The translations under genes were made by a program, and so were the position numbers. A stretch of DNA of 64,000 nt from Thioploca sp. Its GTDB lineage: Bacteria > Pseudomonadota > Gammaproteobacteria > Beggiatoales > Beggiatoaceae. The notes beneath the pieces were generated by a model. That model worked only from the letters and a program-made list of their open reading frames with translations. It did not search any database and had not been told where the DNA came from. Where the stretch lies: contig DAOUSL010000002.1 of the NCBI GenBank assembly GCA_030627235.1, positions 366-64,365 of the forward strand, given 5' to 3'. Below are positions 40,754 through 49,310 of this stretch, piece by piece. Each line of letters begins with the position of its first letter. Within the stretch, counting starts at the first letter, position 1.

Positions 40754-41938
40754 CTAATTACCACGCTCTTCCAAAATAGCTACTGCTGGTAATTTTTTAC
40801 CTTCTAAAAACTCTAAGAAAGCACCACCACCGGTAGAAATATAGGAAACTTTATCAGCAATATCATATTTATCAACAGCTGCTAAAGTATCACCACCACC
40901 AGCGATAGAGAAAGCACTACTTTCCGCAATTGCTTCCGCCAAAGCTTTAGTACCAGCTCCGAATTGGTCATATTCAAACACTCCAACTGGACCATTCCAA
41001 ACGATAGTACCAGCATTCTTTAAAATTTCGGCAAACTTAGCTGAAGTTTCTGGCCCAACATCAAAAATCATGTCATCGTCAGTAGCTTCTGATACAGCTT
41101 TTAAAGTTGCTGGAGCATCTGCTTGTTCAAATGGACTAACTGTGCCAGTTACAATGTCAGTAGGAACTGGAATATCACCACCTTGTTGTTTAGCAGCAGC
41201 AGTTAATTTTTTAGATTCATCAACTAAATTAGCTTCATATAAAGATTTACCAACATTATGACCATCAGCAGCGATAAAAGTATTTGCGATGCCACCACCT
41301 ACAATCAATTGGTCAACTATTTTGGATAGAGAATCTAATACAGTTAATTTAGTTGAAACCTTAGAACCACCAACGATAGCTACCATTGGTCGAGCTGGAT
41401 TATCCAAAGCTTTGCCTAATGCTTCCAATTCACCAGCTAATAAAGGACCTGCACAAGCAACTGGTGCATATTTAGCTACGCCATGAGTAGAAGCTTGAGC
41501 TCTATGAGCAGTTCCAAAGGCATCCATCACATAAACATCACATAACTCTGCCATTTTCTTGGATAAGGCATCATCATTTTTCTTTTCGCCTTTGTTAAAA
41601 CGAACATTTTCACACAGGACTACTTCACCATTATTTAATTCTATGCCATTTAACCAATCTCTAACTAATTTTACTGGTTTTCCCAATAAGTTAGATAAAT
41701 GTTCTGCAACTGGAGCCATAGAATATTTGTCTTCAAATTCACCTTCAGTAGGACGACCTAAATGTGACATTAACATAACTTTAGCTCCAGCTTCCAACGC
41801 ATGTTTAATGGTTGGTAATGAAGCTTTAATACGAATATCACTGGAAACTTTGCCATCTTTCAATGGTACATTTAAATCTTCTCTAATTAGAACTCGTTTA
41901 CCAGCAAGGTCTAAATCAATCATTTTGATGATAGCCAT
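40754..41938 (-). CDS. pgk: phosphoglycerate kinase
   Basis: [18 protein letters not shown]; MSHLGRP; FGTAHRA; GGGDT..A. Confidence 0.95.
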   Translation of the reverse strand: MAIIKMIDLDLAGKRVLIREDLNVPLKDGKVSSDIRIKASLPTIKHALEAGAKVMLMSHLGRPTEGEFEDKYSMAPVAEHLSNLLGKPVKLVRDWLNGIELNNGEVVLCENVRFNKGEKKNDDALSKKMAELCDVYVMDAFGTAHRAQASTHGVAKYAPVACAGPLLAGELEALGKALDNPARPMVAIVGGSKVSTKLTVLDSLSKIVDQLIVGGGIANTFIAADGHNVGKSLYEANLVDESKKLTAAAKQQGGDIPVPTDIVTGTVSPFEQADAPATLKAVSEATDDDMIFDVGPETSAKFAEILKNAGTIVWNGPVGVFEYDQFGAGTKALAEAIAESSAFSIAGGGDTLAAVDKYDIADKVSYISTGGGAFLEFLEGKKLPAVAILEERGN

Positions 41939-41946
41939 AAGTTTTC

Positions 41947-42102
41947 CTATTTGATTTTAACTTCTTTGTAATCAACATGTTTACGCACTACTGGATCAAA
42001 TTTTTTCAGTACCAGTTTATCTGGAGTAGTACGTTTATTTTTAGTAGTAGTGTAGTAATGGCCTGTATTGGCAGAAGAAACTAATTTAATTTTATCACGC
42101 AT
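41947..42102 (-). CDS. rpmG: 50S ribosomal protein L33
   Basis: My own minus-strand translation: [51 protein letters not shown] (51 aa). It is nearly colinear with E. coli L33. Absent from the ORF track because it is under 60 aa. Confidence 0.9.
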   Translation of the reverse strand: MRDKIKLVSSANTGHYYTTTKNKRTTPDKLVLKKFDPVVRKHVDYKEVKIK

Positions 42103-42326
42103 ATTTATATTCCTAAGAGTTTAAAATGTGGTAGTACCACGGTATACATTCCTAACAGAAACGTTCAGAATGAGAAGTTTTTAATGATATGTATTTGTAT
42201 TGATTAATATATAATTGTTAACTAAATTTAATTTTAAACTTGGTAGTGCCTATAATTTAAAGCAACAATATAACAACTTTTTTTAATTCTACTCTTATCA
42301 CCAATTATTTTCACTAAAATCTTTTA

Positions 42327-44015
42327 TTAAATTTTTTTTACTTCCCATACTTTTATTGCTTGTTCTGATAACCATAATTGATAATTATTAAGATTTTGTA
42401 AATTCCAATCATCATATTCAGCAATCTTTTTAGCTAAGTTGAAAGAAGTCTTTGAATAAAACTTTTTTTTATCAGTAAAATTTGACCGTTTTAATTCATC
42501 TTTTTCAAGTAAAATAACATTTCCTAATCTGTCTTGAATATCATTAACACCTTCTCCAAAATATTCATCCCAATGTTGTTCAGGACGGTATGGGCAAATA
42601 TGTTCTAATGTTGTTTTTAAATAATCTGTTTGATTACCCAAGAAAATTTCAATTTCGGATAATAAAAATCGAATTTTTTTTGATGATTGGCGACTAGGCA
42701 TTTTGTGAAATTCAAAAGCATTAGAAAAAGTTTTATCATCAGGATACAGTTTTTTAAATTCCTCACCATTTTTAATATGGCTAGCCCTTTTATAATCACC
42801 TTCATAAATTTTAATGGCTATTTGATTATAAGTTTTTTCTTGTTCATTTGGTGAGTGATGACAAATAACGTTATATCTAATTGATAAAACATATAAATAT
42901 TTTATTATTTTAATAAATTCTTCAGCTGTAAATTTACTAAAGGCAGCCATAAAAATAGTTAGTGGCTGTTTAATATTGAATAAACGAAGACCTTCAAGAA
43001 ATTTTTTAGCTTCTCTATATTTTACCTCATCTAGGTCAGACCACCATTCATCATTAGGATTTAATAATGAAGCGTAAATAGGTGCATATTTATCTAATGA
43101 GTTTAAGTAAGCATATGCACTTTCAGGAGTATTAGCCATTTTTATAATGGATGAAAACAGCTCTTTTTTGGTTACTAATTTCTGTTGAAAATTATGATGA
43201 TATCGAATAAAATCAGTAAAATTAGCTTCTCCCAATTGAGAGACAACAACTGACCAATTTTCATCTAATTCATTTAACGTTTCATCTATTACATCATTAT
43301 TTTTGGTAACTACTGAAAAAATATAATTTTTTAATAAATCTGGAGTTGATAATTGAACACCTCTGGCATTTAGAGTTTCAAAAACTTTATAGGCATTTAA
43401 TTCATCTTGAACTACAATTTTAGTAAAAATCATACCAGAAGTTAATTTTTCAATAAACTTAGCAACTTGACTACCTGAATCACCCATAGACTTATTGGTA
43501 TAAAATTGAAAAGCCTTATGTAATAATTTGTTAGTTAAGGTTAAACCACGTCGATTAGGTGCATCTAAATTTGAACAAATATATTTAAAATTCTGACTAT
43601 TATTCCGGTTAAGCGATAATTTATTATCAACTCGTAAAGAAATAGTATTCAGCGAACCAATAAATCGGTCATATAAAGCATCTAAACGTTTTTTATTGGC
43701 TTCTTGTTCTTGATTTAATTCAATTAATAATTTAATTTGTCTCATTGCTGCTAAAACTATTAAAGATAATGTAACTAAACGTTGTTGTCCATCAATCACT
43801 TCAAAATCATGTTGCCCTTTACGTTGTAATACTACATAACCCATATAATGATAATGCTCTTCTTCAAGTGTTTCGATATCAGCCCATAGTTCTTCCCAAT
43901 GTTCTTGTTTCCAAGCATAATCACGTTGAAATCTTGGAACTTTATACCTAACACCATTTCCTATTAACTCTTGAAAGGTCTGGTTTGTTGGTTCCATTAA
44001 CATAAAATTTGGCAT
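42327..44015 (-). CDS. GmrSD-like DUF262 + DUF1524 protein (putative modification-dependent / type IV restriction nuclease)
   Basis: N-terminal YKVPRFQRDYAW and DGQQRL (DUF262, ParB-like NTPase). C-terminal LEHICP...RLGNVILLEKDELKRSN (DUF1524 His-Me finger). Confidence 0.8.
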   Translation of the reverse strand: MPNFMLMEPTNQTFQELIGNGVRYKVPRFQRDYAWKQEHWEELWADIETLEEEHYHYMGYVVLQRKGQHDFEVIDGQQRLVTLSLIVLAAMRQIKLLIELNQEQEANKKRLDALYDRFIGSLNTISLRVDNKLSLNRNNSQNFKYICSNLDAPNRRGLTLTNKLLHKAFQFYTNKSMGDSGSQVAKFIEKLTSGMIFTKIVVQDELNAYKVFETLNARGVQLSTPDLLKNYIFSVVTKNNDVIDETLNELDENWSVVVSQLGEANFTDFIRYHHNFQQKLVTKKELFSSIIKMANTPESAYAYLNSLDKYAPIYASLLNPNDEWWSDLDEVKYREAKKFLEGLRLFNIKQPLTIFMAAFSKFTAEEFIKIIKYLYVLSIRYNVICHHSPNEQEKTYNQIAIKIYEGDYKRASHIKNGEEFKKLYPDDKTFSNAFEFHKMPSRQSSKKIRFLLSEIEIFLGNQTDYLKTTLEHICPYRPEQHWDEYFGEGVNDIQDRLGNVILLEKDELKRSNFTDKKKFYSKTSFNLAKKIAEYDDWNLQNLNNYQLWLSEQAIKVWEVKKI

Positions 44016-44207
44016 TTATATTGAAATTAATTGGTAATTATATTATTTAAATATTAGAAGGTTAGGAAAAATCTATCTTATCCTTTAAATCTATTTAGTG
44101 TTGAGAGCTTGTTATTTAAATATTAATTTGGTTATAAAGTTATTAACTAGTAGTTTTTTCATTTCTTCTAAAATTATTATTTTGATACAATTGGTTAGAA
44201 TTGTATA

Positions 44208-45137
44208 TTAAATTTTTCTATTGTTAATACCAAAAGGGATATGAACCATAGGTATATCGCCAGCTTCTGATTCTAAATGTGATTTTTGATCATCAAAAAA
44301 TATATGAGGCTTCAAAATTGTTAATATCCTTTCTTTATTCATCCCACCAAGAAAAAATGTTTCATTTGCACTTACTCCCCAATTTTCTAATGTAGTGATA
44401 ACTCTTTCATGTGCTGGAGCATTTCTAGCTGTAACAATAGCAGTTCTCAAAATTCTATTATAACTACTATCTTCCTCTTCAGCACGATCCTCTAATTTTT
44501 GCATAAAAGATAATTTTTTGAATAAGTCTGCAAGTGGCCCAGGATTATGTGGAATATTTGATTTGTCAGTTTCATGTTTATAGAAGCCATCAAGTTGACT
44601 TTCTTGGTAAATTGATTCTGATTCATCATCTGCAATAACCCCATCAAAATCAAAAGCTATTCTTAGTTCACCATCTTCTGAATCATCAGTTACCTTTGTT
44701 GGTAATACTGTTCCAGCAGGATATCCATAATCAATTGCTTTAACAACATCTTTTGCATTTGCTGATAGAAAAAGTGAAGCATTGAATGCTGGGATATATT
44801 CGTATGGCGATTTTCCTTCTGTAAATGCAGCCCTAGAAATATCCAGTTTATAGTGCTGTATAGAACGAAATACTCTTTTTCCTGTTATAGCAGAATTACG
44901 TGATAAAAGAACTACTTCTACTGGTTGCTCTTTTTTAAAATGTTCATTTATACTTAGGAATCGTCTTATGAAAGAAAATGCAACTCCTTTTTCTAAAACT
45001 GTATCTAAATTCTTTTTCTGATATTTTTTATATACTTTTGGTCCATTTTCTCTGAATATTTTATCTGATTCACCAAGATCAAATAATGCACTTGAAGACA
45101 CTGCTATAACTAATTTTCGTTCTATGGGATAAGACAT
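44208..45137 (-). CDS. cytosolic-5'-nucleotidase-IA-like 5'-nucleotidase (HAD-like)
   Basis: 309 aa. IAVSSSALFDL; RIAFDFDGVIADDESE (DxDG HAD-type nucleophile motif); TAIVTARNAPAHERV; FFLGG..K; IFFDDQ..H. This matches the bacterial 5_nucleotid family as I remember it. Confidence 0.65.
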   Translation of the reverse strand: MSYPIERKLVIAVSSSALFDLGESDKIFRENGPKVYKKYQKKNLDTVLEKGVAFSFIRRFLSINEHFKKEQPVEVVLLSRNSAITGKRVFRSIQHYKLDISRAAFTEGKSPYEYIPAFNASLFLSANAKDVVKAIDYGYPAGTVLPTKVTDDSEDGELRIAFDFDGVIADDESESIYQESQLDGFYKHETDKSNIPHNPGPLADLFKKLSFMQKLEDRAEEEDSSYNRILRTAIVTARNAPAHERVITTLENWGVSANETFFLGGMNKERILTILKPHIFFDDQKSHLESEAGDIPMVHIPFGINNRKI

Positions 45138-45220
45138 TTATTCTCTTGTGAAATCTAGCAATTATTTTCTTACATTGAAAACCTTAGTTAGTAAGAATTA
45201 TTTTTGATTATTTGTTACTC

Positions 45221-45320
45221 GACTATCAAGTTTTTTAACAGAAATTTGGCATCAAACAAGAATAAACCACTTGATGTAGAGACAAGGCATGCCTTGTCTC
45301 TACAAGAAAACTTGATAGTC
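45221..45320. repeat. 100-bp element: 14-bp terminal inverted repeats enclosing a 28-bp perfect GTAG-headed palindrome
   Basis: GACTATCAAGTTTT (45221-45234) and AAAACTTGATAGTC (45307-45320). GTAGAGACAAGGCATGCCTTGTCTCTAC at 45276-45303 is a perfect palindrome. Confidence 0.7.
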
Positions 45321-45345
45321 TAGTGTTATGAGTTTTTCAAATAAT

Positions 45346-47001
45346 TTAATTAAGAACCAACTGAGTTTTAATTTCCTCTTCAAAGAAACGCTTAATCTCT
45401 TGTTTCAAATTATCATCTTTTACATAACCTATTGCTTTTTCATAATATTCTGTAGCTTGACGTTTTGAACCAAACATATGGTAATCATTGGCTATTTTTA
45501 GGCAAATAAAGGCTTTTTCATCAGTTTTAGAAAACAAGTAACTCATGTTATCAAAAGCTTTTTTGTGAAATTTAGCAGCAGTCTGTGGTAATTGATGATC
45601 GTTAGCTATATCGCCCAATAAATTATAGGCAGTTATTAAAGAATTTGGAGTTTCATAATGGTCATCATCAAACTTTTCTTGGAACAAAATTTCCATTTCA
45701 AATGCTTGTAGATGTTGATCTAATCCTTCAAGAGCCATTATAAGAATCATAATAGGTTCAATAGCTTCTGGTTCTGAATCCATAGATTGTATGGCATATT
45801 GTTTAGCAAGCTCAAAATCTTTATCAAACAGATACGCAACCGATTTTAAATATAGCAAAAAGCTTTCGGTTTGATTAATAGTTTTAAACTGTTTTATATA
45901 CTTCACAAAATCCTGTTTATAACCTAAACTATGGAGCAAAATAGCTCCCATAATAGCATCGCTTCTAGCCCCTTTTATAGAGGACTCTTTATTATTTAAA
46001 TAATTATCAATCATCTCACGAGTTTCTTCGATAATCATGTTATAACTATTACCCAGATTTTCAGCTTGAGCTACTTTCTTTTGTTCAATTATTTTATCAT
46101 TTAGTTCATTAAGTTGGGTTAGATGTTTTACCATTATAATTTTGAGTTTAGGCTGAGATGTATATTCTTCGACAATAACCGCCTTTGCTTGATTAAATGA
46201 ATTATTTAATTGAGTTTGTGTTTCTTTATTACTTGCCAAAACTGTGGTTAGTTTATCTTTACCGTCTTTTAAACGAATAAACAGCTTTTCTACTTCACCA
46301 GTTCCAAAATTACCGGCTGGAATAATTTGAATAATTTGGGTAGCTTTACTTTTTTCCTTCAATGATAAATACATAAAACCAAAATCACCAAATTTAGTTG
46401 CAGAAGCTAAAACTAGTTTAGTTGTTGCTGTTATACCTTTCATTGCCATAGCTTCACCTCCAAAACCCAAAGTAGCAGCTGAAGTAGCATTAAGAATGGC
46501 AGCACCAGTAATAGCATTTCCTCCAACCCAACCACCTAACGTAGAAAGTCCAGACATATAAGAACCTGCCCCTCCACCTGCAATAAGTTGACTAGCCACA
46601 TAACTTACTCCTGTACCAGCAGCCGGAGCTCCAGTACCGGCTGTATAAACTGTAAATGCAGCTGCACCGGCACTAGCTACGGCTATTGCAGACCAAAATA
46701 CGGTATCATTTTTCCAGAAAGGGATTTTATAAACATATTCAAATCGGAGTTCTTTACTATCAGCCAATAAATTGCTTGCTTTTTCGGCAACATTATCTTT
46801 TGCATTACCTGCAATTTCTTTAACAGCTTTTGCTTTCTCTGCAATATTATCTTTCGCATTGCCAGCAATTTCTTTAGCTACTTTTGCTTTCTCAACAATA
46901 TTGTCTTTTATTGAATCCCAATATGACTTTTCCTCTGCTTGAACTGAAAAAGCCAGAGAAATCAATGTTACTAACATACCTATAATGATTTTGTTTTTCA
47001 T
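45346..47001 (-). CDS. hypothetical exported/membrane protein: 18-aa tandem repeats, Gly/Ala-rich region, C-terminal TPR-like repeats
   Basis: Signal peptide MKNKIIIGMLVTLISLAFSVQA. About 2.5 copies of AKEIAGNAKDNIAEKAKAV. AGAAAFTVYTAGTGAPAAGTG...GGGAGSYMSGLSTLGGWVGGN. The C-terminal half has TPR-like A..Y..A...-type helices. Confidence 0.5.
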   Translation of the reverse strand: MKNKIIIGMLVTLISLAFSVQAEEKSYWDSIKDNIVEKAKVAKEIAGNAKDNIAEKAKAVKEIAGNAKDNVAEKASNLLADSKELRFEYVYKIPFWKNDTVFWSAIAVASAGAAAFTVYTAGTGAPAAGTGVSYVASQLIAGGGAGSYMSGLSTLGGWVGGNAITGAAILNATSAATLGFGGEAMAMKGITATTKLVLASATKFGDFGFMYLSLKEKSKATQIIQIIPAGNFGTGEVEKLFIRLKDGKDKLTTVLASNKETQTQLNNSFNQAKAVIVEEYTSQPKLKIIMVKHLTQLNELNDKIIEQKKVAQAENLGNSYNMIIEETREMIDNYLNNKESSIKGARSDAIMGAILLHSLGYKQDFVKYIKQFKTINQTESFLLYLKSVAYLFDKDFELAKQYAIQSMDSEPEAIEPIMILIMALEGLDQHLQAFEMEILFQEKFDDDHYETPNSLITAYNLLGDIANDHQLPQTAAKFHKKAFDNMSYLFSKTDEKAFICLKIANDYHMFGSKRQATEYYEKAIGYVKDDNLKQEIKRFFEEEIKTQLVLN

Positions 47002-47031
47002 ATTTAATTCTCCTGTTTTAAATTATAATAC

Positions 47032-47748
47032 TCACAAAATACTCTTAACCTTACTAGCATTACGATAACAAGAGTCAGCACAAGGTTTATTACCATTAAT
47101 ATCATCAGTCTCAATTTCCTTCTTAGCCAACACTTCAGAAAGCCCAACTGATAACAACTCTTCAATATCCATATGATCCCTCACATTCTTCCTTGCTGGC
47201 AGATTCCTATCCTCACGTAACTTTTTAGCAGTCTTACCAAACAACCCCTTATAAGTACCATTAGTACAATGAACATATCCATAACCACTTACGTCATGTT
47301 CTTCAAGAGTTCTCGTCAAAATATTCCTAGCAGCCTTACCCAAAGTACGAGTAGCGTGTAACTCCTGTTCCTCTGGAGTCATCTTATCCACAACTTCATC
47401 AGCAAGTGCAATATCACCAGTTTGATAACGCATATAAATTTCATTTACATGCATATGCAATTCAGGTGAAAGATACTTTGCATAAGCCAAAGCAATCTGC
47501 CAATGCCCCCATGAAGCCCCGTAACGACCTCGTGTAGTCCTATAAATAGTCGTTGAGCGGATATTTAATTTTTTAGCAACTGAGTCAATAAAATCCTGAC
47601 CAGATTCCAATTTCCAATGACTTGGATCACGTTTACCATTAGGTTTTCCAGACGCATTCCACAAATCAGTCAAACAAATAAAATCACCATCATGGCGGAT
47701 AGATTTGTCTTTATAAACCAGCTCAAAATGTTTGGATGGATTTTTCAT
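47032..47748 (-). CDS. KilA-N domain protein
   Basis: ICLTDLWNASGK......W......FI......TTRGRYGASWGHWQIALAYAKYLSPELHMHV fits the KilA-N DNA-binding fold pattern. The composition looks more G+C-rich than the neighbouring genes. Confidence 0.65.
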   Translation of the reverse strand: MKNPSKHFELVYKDKSIRHDGDFICLTDLWNASGKPNGKRDPSHWKLESGQDFIDSVAKKLNIRSTTIYRTTRGRYGASWGHWQIALAYAKYLSPELHMHVNEIYMRYQTGDIALADEVVDKMTPEEQELHATRTLGKAARNILTRTLEEHDVSGYGYVHCTNGTYKGLFGKTAKKLREDRNLPARKNVRDHMDIEELLSVGLSEVLAKKEIETDDINGNKPCADSCYRNASKVKSIL

Positions 47749-47780
47749 AAAATAATCTCAACTAGAGGTAACAAAAAAAA

Positions 47781-48236
47781 TTAATCATATACAAAATCTG
47801 TAATATCATTAAAAATATCGTACGGCAATTGCTCAACTAATTTATCAATTAGTATCATTTCATCTAATTCTAATTTATGGCATATATTTGCAAAACATTT
47901 TTTTAAATTTATATATTTTATAATATCTTTAGTTTGGCAGGACTTTTTTAAGAATTGTGAAGCTTTCTTATGCTCATCTTTTTCGATAAACGATATAAAT
48001 TTTTTATTTTTAAAACCTAATTTTTTATATTCAGTAGCTTTATTTTCTCTTTGACCAGAAAACGCTCTTTCTAATTTTTGAAACTCATCACTTGCATACC
48101 AAATAGACAAAGCATCTAAAACAGAGCTTTTACCACAACTATTTTCACCAGTTAAAATATTTAAGTTACTATTTAACTCAAATAAAACATTCTCAAATCT
48201 CTTGAAATTTTTTAACTCTATTTTAGATATATACAT
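47781..48236 (-). CDS. short P-loop protein: N-terminal (Walker A) part of an AAA_15/OLD-type ATPase, with no Walker B
   Basis: MYISKIELKNFKRFENVLFELNSNLNILTGENSCGKSSVLDAL is a typical RecF/OLD/AAA_15 N-terminus, but the ORF ends after 151 aa. It is either a truncated relic or a stand-alone small protein. Confidence 0.45.
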   Translation of the reverse strand: MYISKIELKNFKRFENVLFELNSNLNILTGENSCGKSSVLDALSIWYASDEFQKLERAFSGQRENKATEYKKLGFKNKKFISFIEKDEHKKASQFLKKSCQTKDIIKYINLKKCFANICHKLELDEMILIDKLVEQLPYDIFNDITDFVYD

Positions 48237-48248
48237 AATTATAAATAT

Positions 48249-49310
48249 TTAATTTTTCTCAATATAATCCCTTACCGATCTTTCCAACTCATCAACCAAA
48301 TCATCATTATTAATTTTATGATCAGGTTTTCCACCAATATATAATAAATTTGGACTACCACCAGCTAAACCAATATGAGCTTCCTTAGCCTCACCTGGCC
48401 CATTCACCACGCAACCCATTACTGCAACATCCAATGGCTGTAAAATATCCTCCAATCTTTGCTCCAATTCATTAACAACCTTGATAACATCGAAATTTTG
48501 CCGAGAACAAGAAGGACAAGCGATTAAATTGATACCTTTTTGGCGAATATGCAGGCTATTTAAAATATCAAACCCAACTTTAATTTCTTCAATTGGATCA
48601 GCAGCTAACGAAACTCGGATAGTATCACCAATGCCATCATTCAATAACATTCCTAAACCAATAGCCGATTTAACAGTTCCAGATCGCAAACCACCAGCCT
48701 CTGTAATCCCCAAATGTAGTGGCTGTTCAATCTGAGTAGCAAGCTGTCGATAAGCTTTCACCGTCATAAATATTTCCGAAGCTTTAAGACTAATTTTAAA
48801 ATTTGGAAAATTCAATCTATCTAAAATTTCAATATGACGTAAAGCCGATTCAACCATAGCCTCAGCAGTTGGTTCCTTATACTTCTGTTGTAAATCTTTC
48901 TCTAACGAACCAGCATTTACCCCTATCCGAATTGGAATATTTTTATCCTTAGCACAGTCTATCACTGCTCGAACTCGATCTTCACGCCCAATATTACCCG
49001 GATTAATCCTTAAACAATCAGCTCCTAATTCAGCCACTCGTAATGCTATTTTATAGTCAAAATGAATATCAGTAATTAAAGGAATATTAACCAATTTTTT
49101 TATTTTTCCAAATGCCTCAGCAGCTTCTAAAGTTGGAACTGAAACTCGAACAATATCAGCTCCAACTTGTTGCAAAGCTTTAATTTGTGCCACAGTGTTT
49201 GCAACATCATTGGTATCGGTATTGGTCATGCTCTGTACTGAAATTGGAGCATCACCACCAACCGCTACATTACCGACTTTAATTTGTCGAGAGATACGTC
49301 GTTGAATCAT
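48249..49310 (-). CDS. ispG: 4-hydroxy-3-methylbut-2-en-1-yl diphosphate synthase
   Basis: [15 protein letters not shown]; RVSVP; ACPSCSR; [11 protein letters not shown]. Confidence 0.95.
   Translation of the reverse strand: MIQRRISRQIKVGNVAVGGDAPISVQSMTNTDTNDVANTVAQIKALQQVGADIVRVSVPTLEAAEAFGKIKKLVNIPLITDIHFDYKIALRVAELGADCLRINPGNIGREDRVRAVIDCAKDKNIPIRIGVNAGSLEKDLQQKYKEPTAEAMVESALRHIEILDRLNFPNFKISLKASEIFMTVKAYRQLATQIEQPLHLGITEAGGLRSGTVKSAIGLGMLLNDGIGDTIRVSLAADPIEEIKVGFDILNSLHIRQKGINLIACPSCSRQNFDVIKVVNELEQRLEDILQPLDVAVMGCVVNGPGEAKEAHIGLAGGSPNLLYIGGKPDHKINNDDLVDELERSVRDYIEKN

Noticed and set aside
41559-41954. 131-aa plus-strand ORF antisense to pgk. Many similar short ORFs in the track also lie inside longer genes, e.g. 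1060-1281, 2373-2579, 3061-3276, 3573-3797, 4823-5149, 5703-5903, 8557-8945, 14034-14351, 20784-21246, 22280-22606, 23152-23744, 25791-26078, 41070-41486, 48481-48735, 49557-49862, 51836-52063, 52411-52662, 54597-54797 and 57342-57732.
   Set aside because: Each is fully embedded, antisense or out of frame, in a longer ORF with clear family motifs, and the translations are low-complexity with no recognisable domains. They are typical shadow ORFs.
42103-42326. Looked for rpmB (L28) upstream of rpmG
   Set aside because: No reading frame resembling L28 exists on either strand in these 224 nt. The region is AT-rich non-coding DNA.
47032-48236. Calling the KilA-N gene plus ATPase stub a prophage remnant
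   Set aside because: No integrase, structural, lysis or repressor genes and no att-like repeats are present. A single KilA-N gene is insufficient to call a prophage.
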